Shown: piece after piece, positions 8,732 to 17,978 of the stretch
Layout: every line of letters begins with the position of its first letter
How positions within the stretch are numbered: position 1 is the stretch's first letter
Assembly (NCBI RefSeq): GCF_025362505.1
Contig: NZ_JANYGG010000065.1
Location: 12,536 to 76,535 of the forward strand
Source: Sphingomonas sp.
Lineage (GTDB): Bacteria > Pseudomonadota > Alphaproteobacteria > Sphingomonadales > Sphingomonadaceae
Length of the DNA: 64,000 nt
Direction: 5' to 3'
Position numbers and translations under genes: made by a program
Notes under the pieces: model-generated
What the model saw: the letters and a program-made list of their open reading frames with translations, nothing else
What the model was told of the DNA's origin: nothing
Database searches by the model: none

Positions 8732-9331
8732 ATGACTGCACTTCGCCGCTTCGGTCTTCTCGCTCCCCTCGCCGCGCTCAGCCTGTCGGGCTGTGGGCTC
8801 AATTCGATCCCGACCGCGGAGGAGAATGTCAACGCCAAGTGGGGTCAGGTGCAGAGCGAGTATCAGCGCCGGTCCGACCTCATCCCGAACCTCGTTTCGA
8901 CGGTAAAGGGCTACGCCAAGCAGGAATCGACCGTGTTGATCGAGGTGACGCAGGCGCGTGCCGCCGCGGGATCGATCAAGCTCAGCGCCGACGATCTTAG
9001 CGACCCGGCCAAGGTCAAGGCGTTCAACGACGCTCAAAACCGGGTTTCGGCGGCGATCATCCCGCTGCAGCGATTGCAGGAGGCCTATCCCGACCTCAAG
9101 TCGAATGCCAACTTCCTGACCCTGCAGAGCCAGATCGAAGGGACCGAGAATTCGATTCTCGTCAGCCGCAAGGATTACAACGAGGCGGTGCAGGCGTATA
9201 ACACGCGCATTCGGACCTTCCCCGACGCGATCGGCGCGAAGATCTTTTACGGCGCCAAGCCCAAGTCGATGTTCGAGGCCTCGTCTGGCTCGCAGGCCGC
9301 GCCCAAGGTCGATTTCGGCAATAACGGCTAG
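8732..9331 (+). CDS. lemA: LemA family lipoprotein
   Basis: Lipobox LSGC; YQRRSDLIPNLV.TVKGYA, EAYPDLKSN.NF..LQ.QIEGTEN, YN..IR.FP. Confidence 0.93.
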   Translation: MTALRRFGLLAPLAALSLSGCGLNSIPTAEENVNAKWGQVQSEYQRRSDLIPNLVSTVKGYAKQESTVLIEVTQARAAAGSIKLSADDLSDPAKVKAFNDAQNRVSAAIIPLQRLQEAYPDLKSNANFLTLQSQIEGTENSILVSRKDYNEAVQAYNTRIRTFPDAIGAKIFYGAKPKSMFEASSGSQAAPKVDFGNNG

Positions 9332-9336
9332 GGCGG

Positions 9337-10125
9337 ATGATCCGCTTCCTCGCGGCGCTGTGGCTGGCGCTCGTCGCTGCGCCACTCGCCGCCCAAACCT
9401 TCCCCCCGCTGACCGGGCGCGTGGTCGATAACGCGCATCTGCTGAGCGTGCCGCAAACAATGGACATTACGTCGAAACTCGCCGCGCTCGAGGCAGGGAG
9501 CGGGCGGCAATTGGTGGTGGTAACGGTGCCGAGCCTCGAGGGGCGTCCGATCGAAGATTACGGCTATCGGCTGGGGCGGACCTGGGCGATCGGGCAGAAG
9601 GGCAAGGACGACGGGGTGATCCTGCTCGTCGCGCCCGCCGAGCGCAAAGTGCGGATCGAGACGGGCTATGGCGCGCGGGTGTTCGTCACCGACGCGGTGT
9701 CGAGCGTGATCATCCGCGAGGCGATCCTGCCCAAATTCAAGGCGGGCGACATGGGCGGCGGGGTGGTCGCGGGGACCGACCAGCTGGTCCAGTTCATGTC
9801 GCTTCCGGCAGCCGAGATGCAGAAGCGCGCGGCGGCAATCGGCGAACGGGAGAAGAGCCGCGCAAGCGCGGGGCCGGGCCTCGTGCCGATCATCTTCTGG
9901 ATCATCATCATCCTGTTCGTGGTCATGCCGCTGGTGCGCCGCGCGGGCGGCAAGCGCTTTGGTAGTGGCGGCGTGGCGCCCGTGATCCTGTGGGGTCCGG
10001 GGCTGGGCGGCGGCGGCGGCGGGTCGAGCTGGGGCGGTGGTGGCGGCTGGGGCGGCGGCGGTGGCGGCGGCTTCTCGGGCGGTGGCGGATCGTTCGGCGG
10101 CGGCGGATCGTCGGGGGGATGGTGA
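9337..10125 (+). CDS. TPM-domain (YgcG-like) protein with Gly-rich tail
   Basis: GRVVDNA, QLVVVTVPSL, W.IG.KGKDDGV.LLVA..ERKVRIE.GYG and the FSGGGGSFGGGGSSGGW tail. Confidence 0.9.
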   Translation: MIRFLAALWLALVAAPLAAQTFPPLTGRVVDNAHLLSVPQTMDITSKLAALEAGSGRQLVVVTVPSLEGRPIEDYGYRLGRTWAIGQKGKDDGVILLVAPAERKVRIETGYGARVFVTDAVSSVIIREAILPKFKAGDMGGGVVAGTDQLVQFMSLPAAEMQKRAAAIGEREKSRASAGPGLVPIIFWIIIILFVVMPLVRRAGGKRFGSGGVAPVILWGPGLGGGGGGSSWGGGGGWGGGGGGGFSGGGGSFGGGGSSGGW

Positions 10126-10799
10126 TGCTCAAGCTAAGCGAAGCGGACCGCGCAATGATCGGCGCGGCGATTACCGCGGCCGAGATGAAGAGCGACGGCG
10201 AGGTCGTCGCGGCGGCGACCCCGTCAAGCGACGCCTATCATGATGTCGCGCTGCACTGGGCGGTGGCGCTGCTGATCGCGGTGCTGGCGTGGTTCGCGGC
10301 GTTTCCGGGGACGCTCGACCGGGTCGACGCATTTCTTTTCGGTGGCTGGCGCGCGGCTCCGGGGCCGCGCGAGCTGCTGACCTTGCTGATGGTGCTGGCG
10401 GTACTCAATTTCACCGTGGTGCTGCTCGTGCTGCGCATCCCGGCGTTGCGGATGGCGCTGACCCCGGCCTCGACCAAGCAGCGGCGGGTGCGACGGCGCG
10501 CGATCATGGTGTTCAAGGCGGGGGCCGAGCGGCGGACGATCGGGCGGACCGGGATATTAATCTACCTGTCGCTGGCCGAACACCGCGCTGAAATTGTCGC
10601 CGACGAGGCGCTGCACAAGGTTACGAACGAAGATCTGTGGGGCGAGGCGATGGCGGCGCTGGTCGCGGAACTGCGCGCGGGTCGCCCGGCCGAGGGGCTG
10701 GTCGCCGCGATCGGGATCATCGGCGAGGTGCTCGCTACGCATTTCCCCAAGACCAACGCCGACACCAACGAGATTCCGGACCGGCTGGTTGAACTGTGA
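10125..10799 (+). CDS. TPM-domain membrane protein
   Basis: AEMKSDGEVV, RTGILIYLS.AEHRAEIVAD and NEIPD motifs; TGATG coupling to the upstream gene. Confidence 0.88.
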   Translation: MLKLSEADRAMIGAAITAAEMKSDGEVVAAATPSSDAYHDVALHWAVALLIAVLAWFAAFPGTLDRVDAFLFGGWRAAPGPRELLTLLMVLAVLNFTVVLLVLRIPALRMALTPASTKQRRVRRRAIMVFKAGAERRTIGRTGILIYLSLAEHRAEIVADEALHKVTNEDLWGEAMAALVAELRAGRPAEGLVAAIGIIGEVLATHFPKTNADTNEIPDRLVEL

Positions 10800-11329
10800 G
10801 CTTGCCCGACGACGCTCCCGAACACTGGGATGCGCCGCTCGAGACGATGTGGGAGGGGCGGTTCGTTACCGCCCAGCGGCGCGGGCGGTGGGAATTCGCC
10901 GGGCGATCACGCGGGATTCGCGCGGCGGTGATCCTCGCCGAGGTCGACGGGTCGGTGATCCTGGTCGAGCAATATCGCGTGCCGCTCGGCGGCAAGTGCC
11001 TCGAACTTCCCGCCGGGCTGATCGGTGACGACAACGGGGGCGAGACGGTGGAAGCGGCGGCGATCCGCGAGCTTGAGGAAGAGACTGGCTTCCGCGCCGA
11101 GCGAGTCGAATTGCTCGGCGAATATTATTCGTCGCCGGGGATGCTGTCGGAGAGCTTCACCCTCGTTCGCGCCCACGGGCTGACCAAGGTCGGCGAGGGT
11201 GGGGGCACCAAGGAGGAGGGGATCACCGTTCGCCTCGTCCCGCGCGGGGATCTGCCTCGGTTTATCGCCGAGCGACGCGCGGCGGGTCTGGCGATGGACG
11301 TCAAGCTGCTGGCATTGCTCGGCTTTTAG
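10796..11329 (+). CDS. Nudix hydrolase (ADP-ribose pyrophosphatase-like)
   Basis: EQYRVP, LELPAGL...AAIRELEEETG Nudix box, SSPG. Confidence 0.9.
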   Translation: MSLPDDAPEHWDAPLETMWEGRFVTAQRRGRWEFAGRSRGIRAAVILAEVDGSVILVEQYRVPLGGKCLELPAGLIGDDNGGETVEAAAIRELEEETGFRAERVELLGEYYSSPGMLSESFTLVRAHGLTKVGEGGGTKEEGITVRLVPRGDLPRFIAERRAAGLAMDVKLLALLGF

Positions 11330-12393
11330 AGGCGGGCGCGCTCGGCCTGGGTCCAGGCGAGGTCGGCCAGTGCTTCGAGTTTGGCAACAGTCTCCAGCGC
11401 GTGCTCCGACGAGGCGTTGCCGCGCGCCAACCGGCCCTTGATGCCGTGGATGATCGCGGCGAGGCGGAACATCACGAACACCATGAGGTAGTCAAGGTCG
11501 GGGAGATGGTCGCGTCCGGTGCGGCGGCAATAGGTGGCGAGATAGTCCTCCTCGGACGGGATGCCGAGCGCGCCGAGGTCAACCCCGGCGATGCCAGTGA
11601 ACAGCTCGGCAGGCATGCGATACACCATCAGATGATAGACGAAGTCGGCTACTGGATCGCCGAGCGTCGAGAGCTCCCAGTCGAGCACGGCGAGGACGCG
11701 CGGTTCGGCGGGGGCGAAGATCATGTTGTCGCAGCGATAGTCGCCATGAACGACGCGGACCTCGCCGCGGTCGGGGGGAAGGTTGGCGTGGAGCCATTCG
11801 ACCAGCCGGTCCATCGCCGGCACCCGCCCGGCCTCGGCATCGCTCTCGTATTGCTTCGACCAGCGCGCCACCTGCCGCTCGACGAAGCCACCGGGGCGGC
11901 CATAGTCGCCAAGGCCGATCGCCGCCGGATCGAGGCTGTGAAGCTGGGCGATGGTGGCGTTCATCGCGTCGAAATGCGCCGCGCGGTCGGCGTTCGACAG
12001 TCCGGGGAAGGTCGCGTCCCAGATGATCCGGCCCTCGACCATGTCCATCACGAAGAAGGGGGTGCCGAGCACGGCCTCGTCGTCGCACAGGCCGTGGACG
12101 TGGGGGACGGGAAAGCCCGTCGCGCCGAGCGCCGACATCACGCGCGCCTCGCGTTCGACCGCGTGCGCGCCGGGGAGCAATTTGCCCGGCGGCTTGCGGC
12201 GCAGGACGTAGGATCGGTTGGGCGTATCGAGGCGATAGGTCGGGTTCGACTGGCCACCGGCGAACTGGCTGACGCTTAGCGGTCCGGCGAATTCGGGGAC
12301 ACTGGTTTTCATCCATGTGGCCAGCGCCGCCTCGTCGAAGCGCAATCGTTCGGCGACCTCACGCGTGCCGCTATTGGCTTTGGTCCTGTCCAT
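11326..12393 (-). CDS. Phosphotransferase family protein (APH-like, resembling the ACAD10/11 N-terminal domain)
   Basis: GGQSNPTY, LRRKPPG.LLPGAHAVERE, HGDYRCDN, VLDWELSTLGDP. An alternative start lies at 12417. Confidence 0.88.
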   Translation of the reverse strand: MDRTKANSGTREVAERLRFDEAALATWMKTSVPEFAGPLSVSQFAGGQSNPTYRLDTPNRSYVLRRKPPGKLLPGAHAVEREARVMSALGATGFPVPHVHGLCDDEAVLGTPFFVMDMVEGRIIWDATFPGLSNADRAAHFDAMNATIAQLHSLDPAAIGLGDYGRPGGFVERQVARWSKQYESDAEAGRVPAMDRLVEWLHANLPPDRGEVRVVHGDYRCDNMIFAPAEPRVLAVLDWELSTLGDPVADFVYHLMVYRMPAELFTGIAGVDLGALGIPSEEDYLATYCRRTGRDHLPDLDYLMVFVMFRLAAIIHGIKGRLARGNASSEHALETVAKLEALADLAWTQAERARL

Positions 12394-12464
12394 TGCGCTG
12401 TCTTTAGACAGTGCCATGATGGACGCAAGACGGACCCGGGCGGCGTCCTCGGCGTTGATCGCGC

Positions 12465-13322
12465 ATGGCCCGTATTCTCCATCTCTCCGACCTCCACTTC
12501 GGCGCGCATGATCCCAAGCTGGTCGAAGCGGTCGCGTGCCGTGTCGATGAGGAGCATCCGGACCTCGTCGTCATCAGCGGGGACTTCACCCAGCGCGCGC
12601 GGACCGAGCAATTCAGGGACGCGGGCCGGTTCCTGACCCGGCTGCGCGAGGCGGGGCATGAGGTGCTCGCGGTGCCGGGCAACCACGACATCCCGCTTTA
12701 CAACGTATTGCGGCGGTTCCTGTCGCCACTGACGCGTTATCGCAAATATATCGACGACACGCTGTGCCCGTTTCACGATCTGCCCGGCGCGTCGATCCTC
12801 GGGATCAACACTGCGCGCTCGGCGACGTTCAAGGACGGCAGCATCAGCCACGAGCAGATCCGCTTCATCCGCGACACGTTCGCGAAGACCGACCCGGACA
12901 ATGTCCGCATCCTCGTCACGCACCACCCGTTATTCGCGCTTCCGGTCGGCGATGGCGGCGAGCACGGCGTGCCGGTCCACCACCAGCAGGACGCGCTCGC
13001 CGCGATCGCCGAGGCTGGGGTCGACCTCCTCCTCGCAGGGCACAATCACCTCGCTTCGACCCACGCCAGCAGCCTGGTCCACGGCGCGGGTCGGGCGCTA
13101 ATTGTGCAGGCCGGCACCGCGACCTCGACCCGGGTGCGCGGCGAGGGGCAGAGCTTCAACCACATCGAGGTCGAGGCCAATCATGTCAAAGTGACGATCG
13201 AGACGTGGCAGGACGACCGTTTCGCGCGCGGCGACAGCCAGTGCTTCGACCGCAATGGCGAACATTGGGACCTCGACGGTGGCGAGCCGGTCAACGAGGT
13301 TATCGAAGGGGTCACGCAATAA
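12465..13322 (+). CDS. Calcineurin-like metallophosphoesterase
   Basis: SDLH, SGDFT, PGNHD, THHP and AGHNH motifs. Confidence 0.9.
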   Translation: MARILHLSDLHFGAHDPKLVEAVACRVDEEHPDLVVISGDFTQRARTEQFRDAGRFLTRLREAGHEVLAVPGNHDIPLYNVLRRFLSPLTRYRKYIDDTLCPFHDLPGASILGINTARSATFKDGSISHEQIRFIRDTFAKTDPDNVRILVTHHPLFALPVGDGGEHGVPVHHQQDALAAIAEAGVDLLLAGHNHLASTHASSLVHGAGRALIVQAGTATSTRVRGEGQSFNHIEVEANHVKVTIETWQDDRFARGDSQCFDRNGEHWDLDGGEPVNEVIEGVTQ

Positions 13323-13364
13323 GTCCGCTTGTGCTGTCGTCATCCCGCTGCAAGGGAAGCAGAC

Positions 13365-14258
13365 ATGCAACAGGATATCGCAGACGCAGAGGCAGGCGCC
13401 CTCGCCTTCGAGACTGCCGCGCTACCCCAATTCGACCTTGGCGAATTCGTCCGCCGCGTGCTGGCGGAGGATCTTGGATCGGGCGGCGACGTCACCAGCC
13501 GCGCGACCATCGCGGCCGATGCGCGCTTCGTGGCTGAGATGACGTGCCGCGAGCCGATCACGGTTGCCGGGCTCGACATCGCGGTTGCCTTCTTCCGCGC
13601 GCTCGATCGCGAGGTGCGGGTGACGCGCGAAGTGAAGGACGCTGACTCGGTCGCGGCGGGGACCGTGCTGCTGCGGCTCGATGGCAATGCCCGGGCGATG
13701 CTTGCGGCCGAGCGGTCGGCGCTCAACACGCTCCAGCATCTGTCGGGCATTGCGACGCTCACCGCGCGCTACATCACGGCGATTGGTGACGGAAAGGCGA
13801 AGTTGCTGGACACGCGCAAGACGGTGCCGGGGCTTCGACTGCTTGAAAAATATGGCGCGCGCATGGGAGGCGCCGAGAACCACCGGATGCGGATGGACGA
13901 CGGGCTGTTGATCAAGGACAATCATGTTGCGGTCGCCGGCGGGGTGGGCGCGGCGGTCAAGCTGGCCAAGGCGGCGACGACCGGCCTGCCGGTCCAGGTT
14001 GAGGTCGACCGGATCGACCAGATCGAGGAAGCGCTGGCCGCCGGAGCCGACCGGTTGCTGCTGGACAATATGACGGCCGACACGCTGCGCGCGGCGGTGG
14101 GAATCGTCGCGGGCCGCGTGCCGTGCGAAGCGTCGGGCGGGGTCAATCTGGACACCATTGCGGGCATCGCCGCGAGCGGGGTCGATTATGTCTCGGTCGG
14201 GCGGATCACCCAGTCGGCGCCGGCGGTCGACATCGGGCTCGACTACGCGCTTCAGTAG
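13365..14258 (+). CDS. nadC: Nicotinate-nucleotide diphosphorylase (carboxylating)
   Basis: EDLG.GGDVT, ERSALN, DTRKT.PG.R, HR..MDD..LIKDNH, EVD, LLLDN, EASGG. Confidence 0.95.
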   Translation: MQQDIADAEAGALAFETAALPQFDLGEFVRRVLAEDLGSGGDVTSRATIAADARFVAEMTCREPITVAGLDIAVAFFRALDREVRVTREVKDADSVAAGTVLLRLDGNARAMLAAERSALNTLQHLSGIATLTARYITAIGDGKAKLLDTRKTVPGLRLLEKYGARMGGAENHRMRMDDGLLIKDNHVAVAGGVGAAVKLAKAATTGLPVQVEVDRIDQIEEALAAGADRLLLDNMTADTLRAAVGIVAGRVPCEASGGVNLDTIAGIAASGVDYVSVGRITQSAPAVDIGLDYALQ

Positions 14259-14290
14259 GAGCGCGGTTCGCCCGGCGATTACAACCTCCG

Positions 14291-14307
14291 CTGAATGGGC
14301 AATTCAG
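14291..14307. promoter_or_regulatory. Palindrome CTGAAT-N5-ATTCAG, putative operator
   Basis: Perfect 6-bp inverted repeat about 70 bp upstream of the ATG at 14380. Confidence 0.35.
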
Positions 14308-14379
14308 AATGAGGCCATCGGCGGACGCTCATACCCTCTTCAACGGCCGCAGTATGGTCACAAGTTGAAGGAGTAGACG

Positions 14380-14817
14380 ATGTTCAAGAAATCGATCCTC
14401 GCCCTGTCGGCGCTGACGATGGTCGCAATGCCGGCGGTCGCCGAAGCGCGTCATCGCGACGGCTATAACGGTTACAGCCAGGGGTATAACCAGGGCTATT
14501 ACCCGCAGCAGAACTATGGCTACAGCAACGGCTATTATCCGCAGCAGAGCTATGGCTACAACAACGGTTATTACCCGCAGCAGGGCTATGGCTATAACAA
14601 CAACAGCTATTCCGGCCGCAGCTATGGCTATCGCAACCACCGCTGCAGCGGCACCACCGGCACGATCGTCGGTGCGGGTGCTGGCGCGCTGATTGGCCGC
14701 GAAGTGGGCCGCAGCCGCGACTATTATGGCAACCGCAGCAGCGGGACGACCGGCACGATCGTCGGCGCCGCCATCGGCGCACTGCTCGGACGCCAAGTCG
14801 GCAAGTCAACCTGCTAA
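14380..14817 (+). CDS. Secreted glycine-zipper (2TM-like) protein with Tyr/Gln/Gly/Asn-rich repeats
   Basis: AAGGAG Shine-Dalgarno, signal peptide, two SGTTGTIVGA..GAL.GR glycine-zipper helices flanked by two Cys. Confidence 0.85.
   Translation: MFKKSILALSALTMVAMPAVAEARHRDGYNGYSQGYNQGYYPQQNYGYSNGYYPQQSYGYNNGYYPQQGYGYNNNSYSGRSYGYRNHRCSGTTGTIVGAGAGALIGREVGRSRDYYGNRSSGTTGTIVGAAIGALLGRQVGKSTC
14494..14601 (+). repeat. Three 36-bp coding tandem repeats (GYYPQQxYGYxN)
   Basis: GGCTATTACCCGCAGCAGAACTATGGCTACAGCAAC and two near-identical copies starting at 14530 and 14566. Confidence 0.9.
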
Positions 14818-14838
14818 GCTTAAGTAACCAGCGACAAG

Positions 14839-14872
14839 AGGGGCCGGGCGGCGACGTCCGGCCCCTTTTTTT
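14839..14872 (+). terminator. Rho-independent terminator
   Basis: AGGGGCCGGGCG-GCGA-CGTCCGGCCCCT followed by a T run. Confidence 0.85.
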
Positions 14873-14926
14873 GCGGGCGAATCGCGCCGCATCGCCTATA
14901 AGGGTCGCCTGTTACGGGAGAATAGC

Positions 14927-16333
14927 GTGTTCAAGGGCCTCCAGCCGATCCTCTATGGCGGGCGTGAAGTGTGGCCGCTGATCGAAGGCGGCAAGGGCGT
15001 AAGTGCTACCAATCACGCCAGTTCGGGCGCGTGGGCGGCGGCGGGCGGCATCGGCACGGTCAGTGCGGTTAATGCCGACAGCTATGATCCCGATGGACGG
15101 ATCGTGCCCCAAGTCTATAAGTCACTGACTCGCCGCGAGCGGCATGAGGAGCTTATCCAGTATGCCATCGACGGTGCGGTGGCGCAGGTACAGCGCGCCT
15201 ATGACATCGCGGGCGGCAAAGGTGCGATCAACATCAACGTGCTGTGGGAGATGGGCGGCGCCCAGCGAATCCTTGAAGGCGTGCTGGAACGCACCAAGGG
15301 GCTCGTCACCGGGGTCACCTGCGGCGCCGGAATGCCCTACAAGCTGAGCGAAATCGCAGCGTCGCACGGCGTTTCCTATTTGCCGATCATCTCGTCCGCC
15401 CGCGCCTTTCGCGCGCTGTGGAAGCGGGCTTATTCGAAGGCGGCCGAATGGCTGTCGGCTGTGGTTTACGAGGATCCGTGGCTGGCCGGCGGGCACAATG
15501 GCCTGTCGAACGCCGAGGATCCGCGGAAACCGCAGGACCCCTATCCGCGCGTCGCCGAGCTTCGCGCGACGATGCGCGAGGGCGGCATTTCGGACGACGT
15601 ACCGATCGTCATGGCGGGCGGCGTGTGGCGGCTCGACGAGTGGGCCAACTGGATCGACAATCCCGAGCTTGGCACGATCGCCTTCCAGTTCGGCACGCGG
15701 CCGTTGCTGACCCAGGAAAGCCCGATTCCGCCCGGCTGGAAGGCACGGCTGATGACGCTAGAGGAGGGCGATATCCTGCTCCATCGCTTCTCGCCGACCG
15801 GCTTTTATTCCTCGGCGGTGCGCAATCCGTTTCTTCGCAACCTCGAAGCGTGCAGCGAGCGGCAGATCGCCTACACGCCGGTCGAGGTCGGCGATCATGC
15901 CTTCCAGCTCGACGTCGGCATCGGCACCAAGAAGAATTACTGGGTGACCAGGGGCGACCTCCAGCACGCGCGCGAATGGTTTGGCGCGGGCTATACAGAG
16001 GCGCTCAAGACGCCCGACGACACGCTGGTGTTCGTCACCCCCGCCGAGATGAAGACGATCCGCAAGGACCAGGCCGACTGCATGGGCTGTTTGTCGCAAT
16101 GCGCATTTTCGTCGTGGTCCGACAATGAGAAGAATTCGACCGGGCGGCTGGCCGATCCGCGCTCGTTCTGCATTCAGAAGACGCTGCAGGACATCGCGCA
16201 TGGCGGGCCGATCGAGGAGAACCTCATGTTTGCCGGGCATTCGGCGTTTCGTTTCAAGACCGATCCGTTTTACTCGAACGGGTTCGTGCCGACGGTGAAG
16301 CAGTTGTTCGACCGGATTTTGACGGGGGCGTGA
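14927..16333 (+). CDS. Nitronate-monooxygenase-family FMN oxidoreductase with a Cys cluster (FabX-like)
   Basis: IEGGKGV, GAGMP, PIISS.RA, ED..AGGHNG, AGG, QFGTR; C-terminal CMGCLSQC...FCI. Confidence 0.8.
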   Translation: MFKGLQPILYGGREVWPLIEGGKGVSATNHASSGAWAAAGGIGTVSAVNADSYDPDGRIVPQVYKSLTRRERHEELIQYAIDGAVAQVQRAYDIAGGKGAININVLWEMGGAQRILEGVLERTKGLVTGVTCGAGMPYKLSEIAASHGVSYLPIISSARAFRALWKRAYSKAAEWLSAVVYEDPWLAGGHNGLSNAEDPRKPQDPYPRVAELRATMREGGISDDVPIVMAGGVWRLDEWANWIDNPELGTIAFQFGTRPLLTQESPIPPGWKARLMTLEEGDILLHRFSPTGFYSSAVRNPFLRNLEACSERQIAYTPVEVGDHAFQLDVGIGTKKNYWVTRGDLQHAREWFGAGYTEALKTPDDTLVFVTPAEMKTIRKDQADCMGCLSQCAFSSWSDNEKNSTGRLADPRSFCIQKTLQDIAHGGPIEENLMFAGHSAFRFKTDPFYSNGFVPTVKQLFDRILTGA

Positions 16334-16806
16334 TGCGCTGGTTCGCCGCTGGTGTGATGCTCGTCGCGGTCGCGTCAGCAGCGTCGGCCGAGGACAAGAA
16401 GCCGCCTTACTGGGCTTCGATCGCGAGCGGCCAGGCGATGATGCGCACCGGGCCGGGTCGCAACTATCCCGGCACCTGGCTCTACCAGCGCCGCGACCTG
16501 CCGATCCGCGTGGTGCAGGTCTACAACCACTGGCGCAAGATCGAGGATCCCGACGGCCAGCAGGGCTGGATGCTGGTGACGATGCTGAGTGACAAGCGCA
16601 GCGCGATCGTCCGTCCGGGCGCCCGGCGCGACCTTCACAATCGACCGGATGGCACCAGCCACGTCGCCTACAAGGCCGAACCGGGCGTCGTCGGCAGCAT
16701 CGCGAAATGCCGCGACGGCTGGTGCCGGATAACCATCGCCAAGCGCGAAGGCTTTGTCCGGATCAGCGATCTGTGGGGCCTGAGCGACGGCGAGAGCGTG
16801 GACTAG
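16330..16806 (+). CDS. Secreted bacterial SH3-domain protein
   Basis: PYWAS, MRTGPG.NYP..W.Y.R..LP, WRKIEDPDG..GW and C...WC. Confidence 0.88.
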   Translation: MMRWFAAGVMLVAVASAASAEDKKPPYWASIASGQAMMRTGPGRNYPGTWLYQRRDLPIRVVQVYNHWRKIEDPDGQQGWMLVTMLSDKRSAIVRPGARRDLHNRPDGTSHVAYKAEPGVVGSIAKCRDGWCRITIAKREGFVRISDLWGLSDGESVD

Positions 16807-16860
16807 GGAGCGCGGACTAGTGAGCGCGGCGCCCGTCCTGAGCGCCGCACTCCCAAGTGG

Positions 16861-17241
16861 CTACATCTTCGGCGGTGTGTATTTCACCCGCTTGACCGAC
16901 AGCTTCCTGCCTTTGTCGCTCGTCGTGTTCATGATCGCGCCGATCGCCACCGGCTTGGTGGTCCAGCAGATTTCCCCCTCCTTGGTCATCGCGCTGGTAA
17001 AGCAGGCTTTGCCGTTCTTCATCACCGCCGTGCCATGGTCGATATGTTTGGCGCCGGAATGGACGACGAAGTTTCCGTCGGGACCGATCGACTCTTCCAT
17101 TAGCTTGCCCTTTTCGCGATAGGTCCAGCTTGTCGAGTTGATTTGGAAGGCAGCGTGGTGCGCCGTCTCGTGCATGGCGAGGCCCGCCGTTGCGCCGCCG
17201 ACGACTAATGCCGTTGCTGCAAGTGCCAGTATAATTCGCAT
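16861..17241 (-). CDS. Small secreted hypothetical protein
   Basis: AAGGAG Shine-Dalgarno, signal peptide and Cys pair (KACFT...EICWT). Confidence 0.7.
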   Translation of the reverse strand: MRIILALAATALVVGGATAGLAMHETAHHAAFQINSTSWTYREKGKLMEESIGPDGNFVVHSGAKHIDHGTAVMKNGKACFTSAMTKEGEICWTTKPVAIGAIMNTTSDKGRKLSVKRVKYTPPKM

Positions 17242-17373
17242 AGCAACTCTCCTTCTTTCTGTAGAGCCAACCCTATATCAGCGACGCGGTTGGTTGTTAA
17301 TGCAGCGTTAGACTGGCTCTGCCGCGCCGTTTGCGCTGCCATTGATTCCGACCGAAGCTTCGCCCGGCGCTAG

Positions 17374-17401
17374 TTGCAGCGGGGAATGGGACTTCCCACA
17401 T
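17374..17401 (+). promoter_or_regulatory. Putative RpoH (sigma-32) promoter of hslVU
   Basis: TTG-N18-CCCACAT upstream of heat-shock protease genes; resembles the alphaproteobacterial RpoH consensus. Confidence 0.5.
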
Positions 17402-17429
17402 GCCGTTCAACGAGAAGCGGGAGTTTCAG

Positions 17430-17978
17430 TTGGAAAGTTGGCACGGCACGACCATCCTTGGCGTGCGCAAGGACGGGCGGACGGTGATCGCCGGCGACGG
17501 GCAGGTCAGTCTCGGCAATACGGTGATCAAGCCCAATGCGAAGAAGGTTCGCCGGCTCGGGGCGGAAGGAAAGGTGATCGCCGGGTTCGCTGGGGCGACG
17601 GCGGACGCGTTCACCTTGTTCGAGCGGCTCGAGAAGAAGCTCGAGGCGTCGAACGGCAAGCTGATGCGCGCCGCGGTCGAGCTCGCCAAGGACTGGCGCA
17701 CCGACAAATACTTACGCAACCTTGAGGCGATGATGATCGTCGCCGATGCCGAGGCGATGCTGATCCTGACCGGCAATGGCGATGTGCTCGAGCCCGAGGC
17801 GAACGACACCACCGCGATCGCGGCGATCGGATCGGGCGGGAATTATGCGCTCGCCGCCGCCCGCGCGCTGATTGATTATGAGCCCGACCCCGAGAAGCTC
17901 GCCCGCCGCGCGATGGCCATCGCCGCCGAGGTGTGCGTCTTCACCAACGACCGCGTGACGGTGGAGACGGTCGGTTGA
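17430..17978 (+). CDS. hslV: ATP-dependent protease subunit HslV
   Basis: [44 protein letters not shown] start behind GGGAG is preferred; the alternative is the ATG at 17400. Confidence 0.95.
   Translation: MESWHGTTILGVRKDGRTVIAGDGQVSLGNTVIKPNAKKVRRLGAEGKVIAGFAGATADAFTLFERLEKKLEASNGKLMRAAVELAKDWRTDKYLRNLEAMMIVADAEAMLILTGNGDVLEPEANDTTAIAAIGSGGNYALAAARALIDYEPDPEKLARRAMAIAAEVCVFTNDRVTVETVG

Noticed and set aside
10005-10122. GGC-rich repeat tract
   Set aside because: It encodes the normal Gly-rich tail of TPM/YgcG proteins.
14494-14601. 36-bp repeats as a possible CRISPR array
   Set aside because: The repeats are contiguous, in-frame coding repeats with no spacers, and no cas genes are present.
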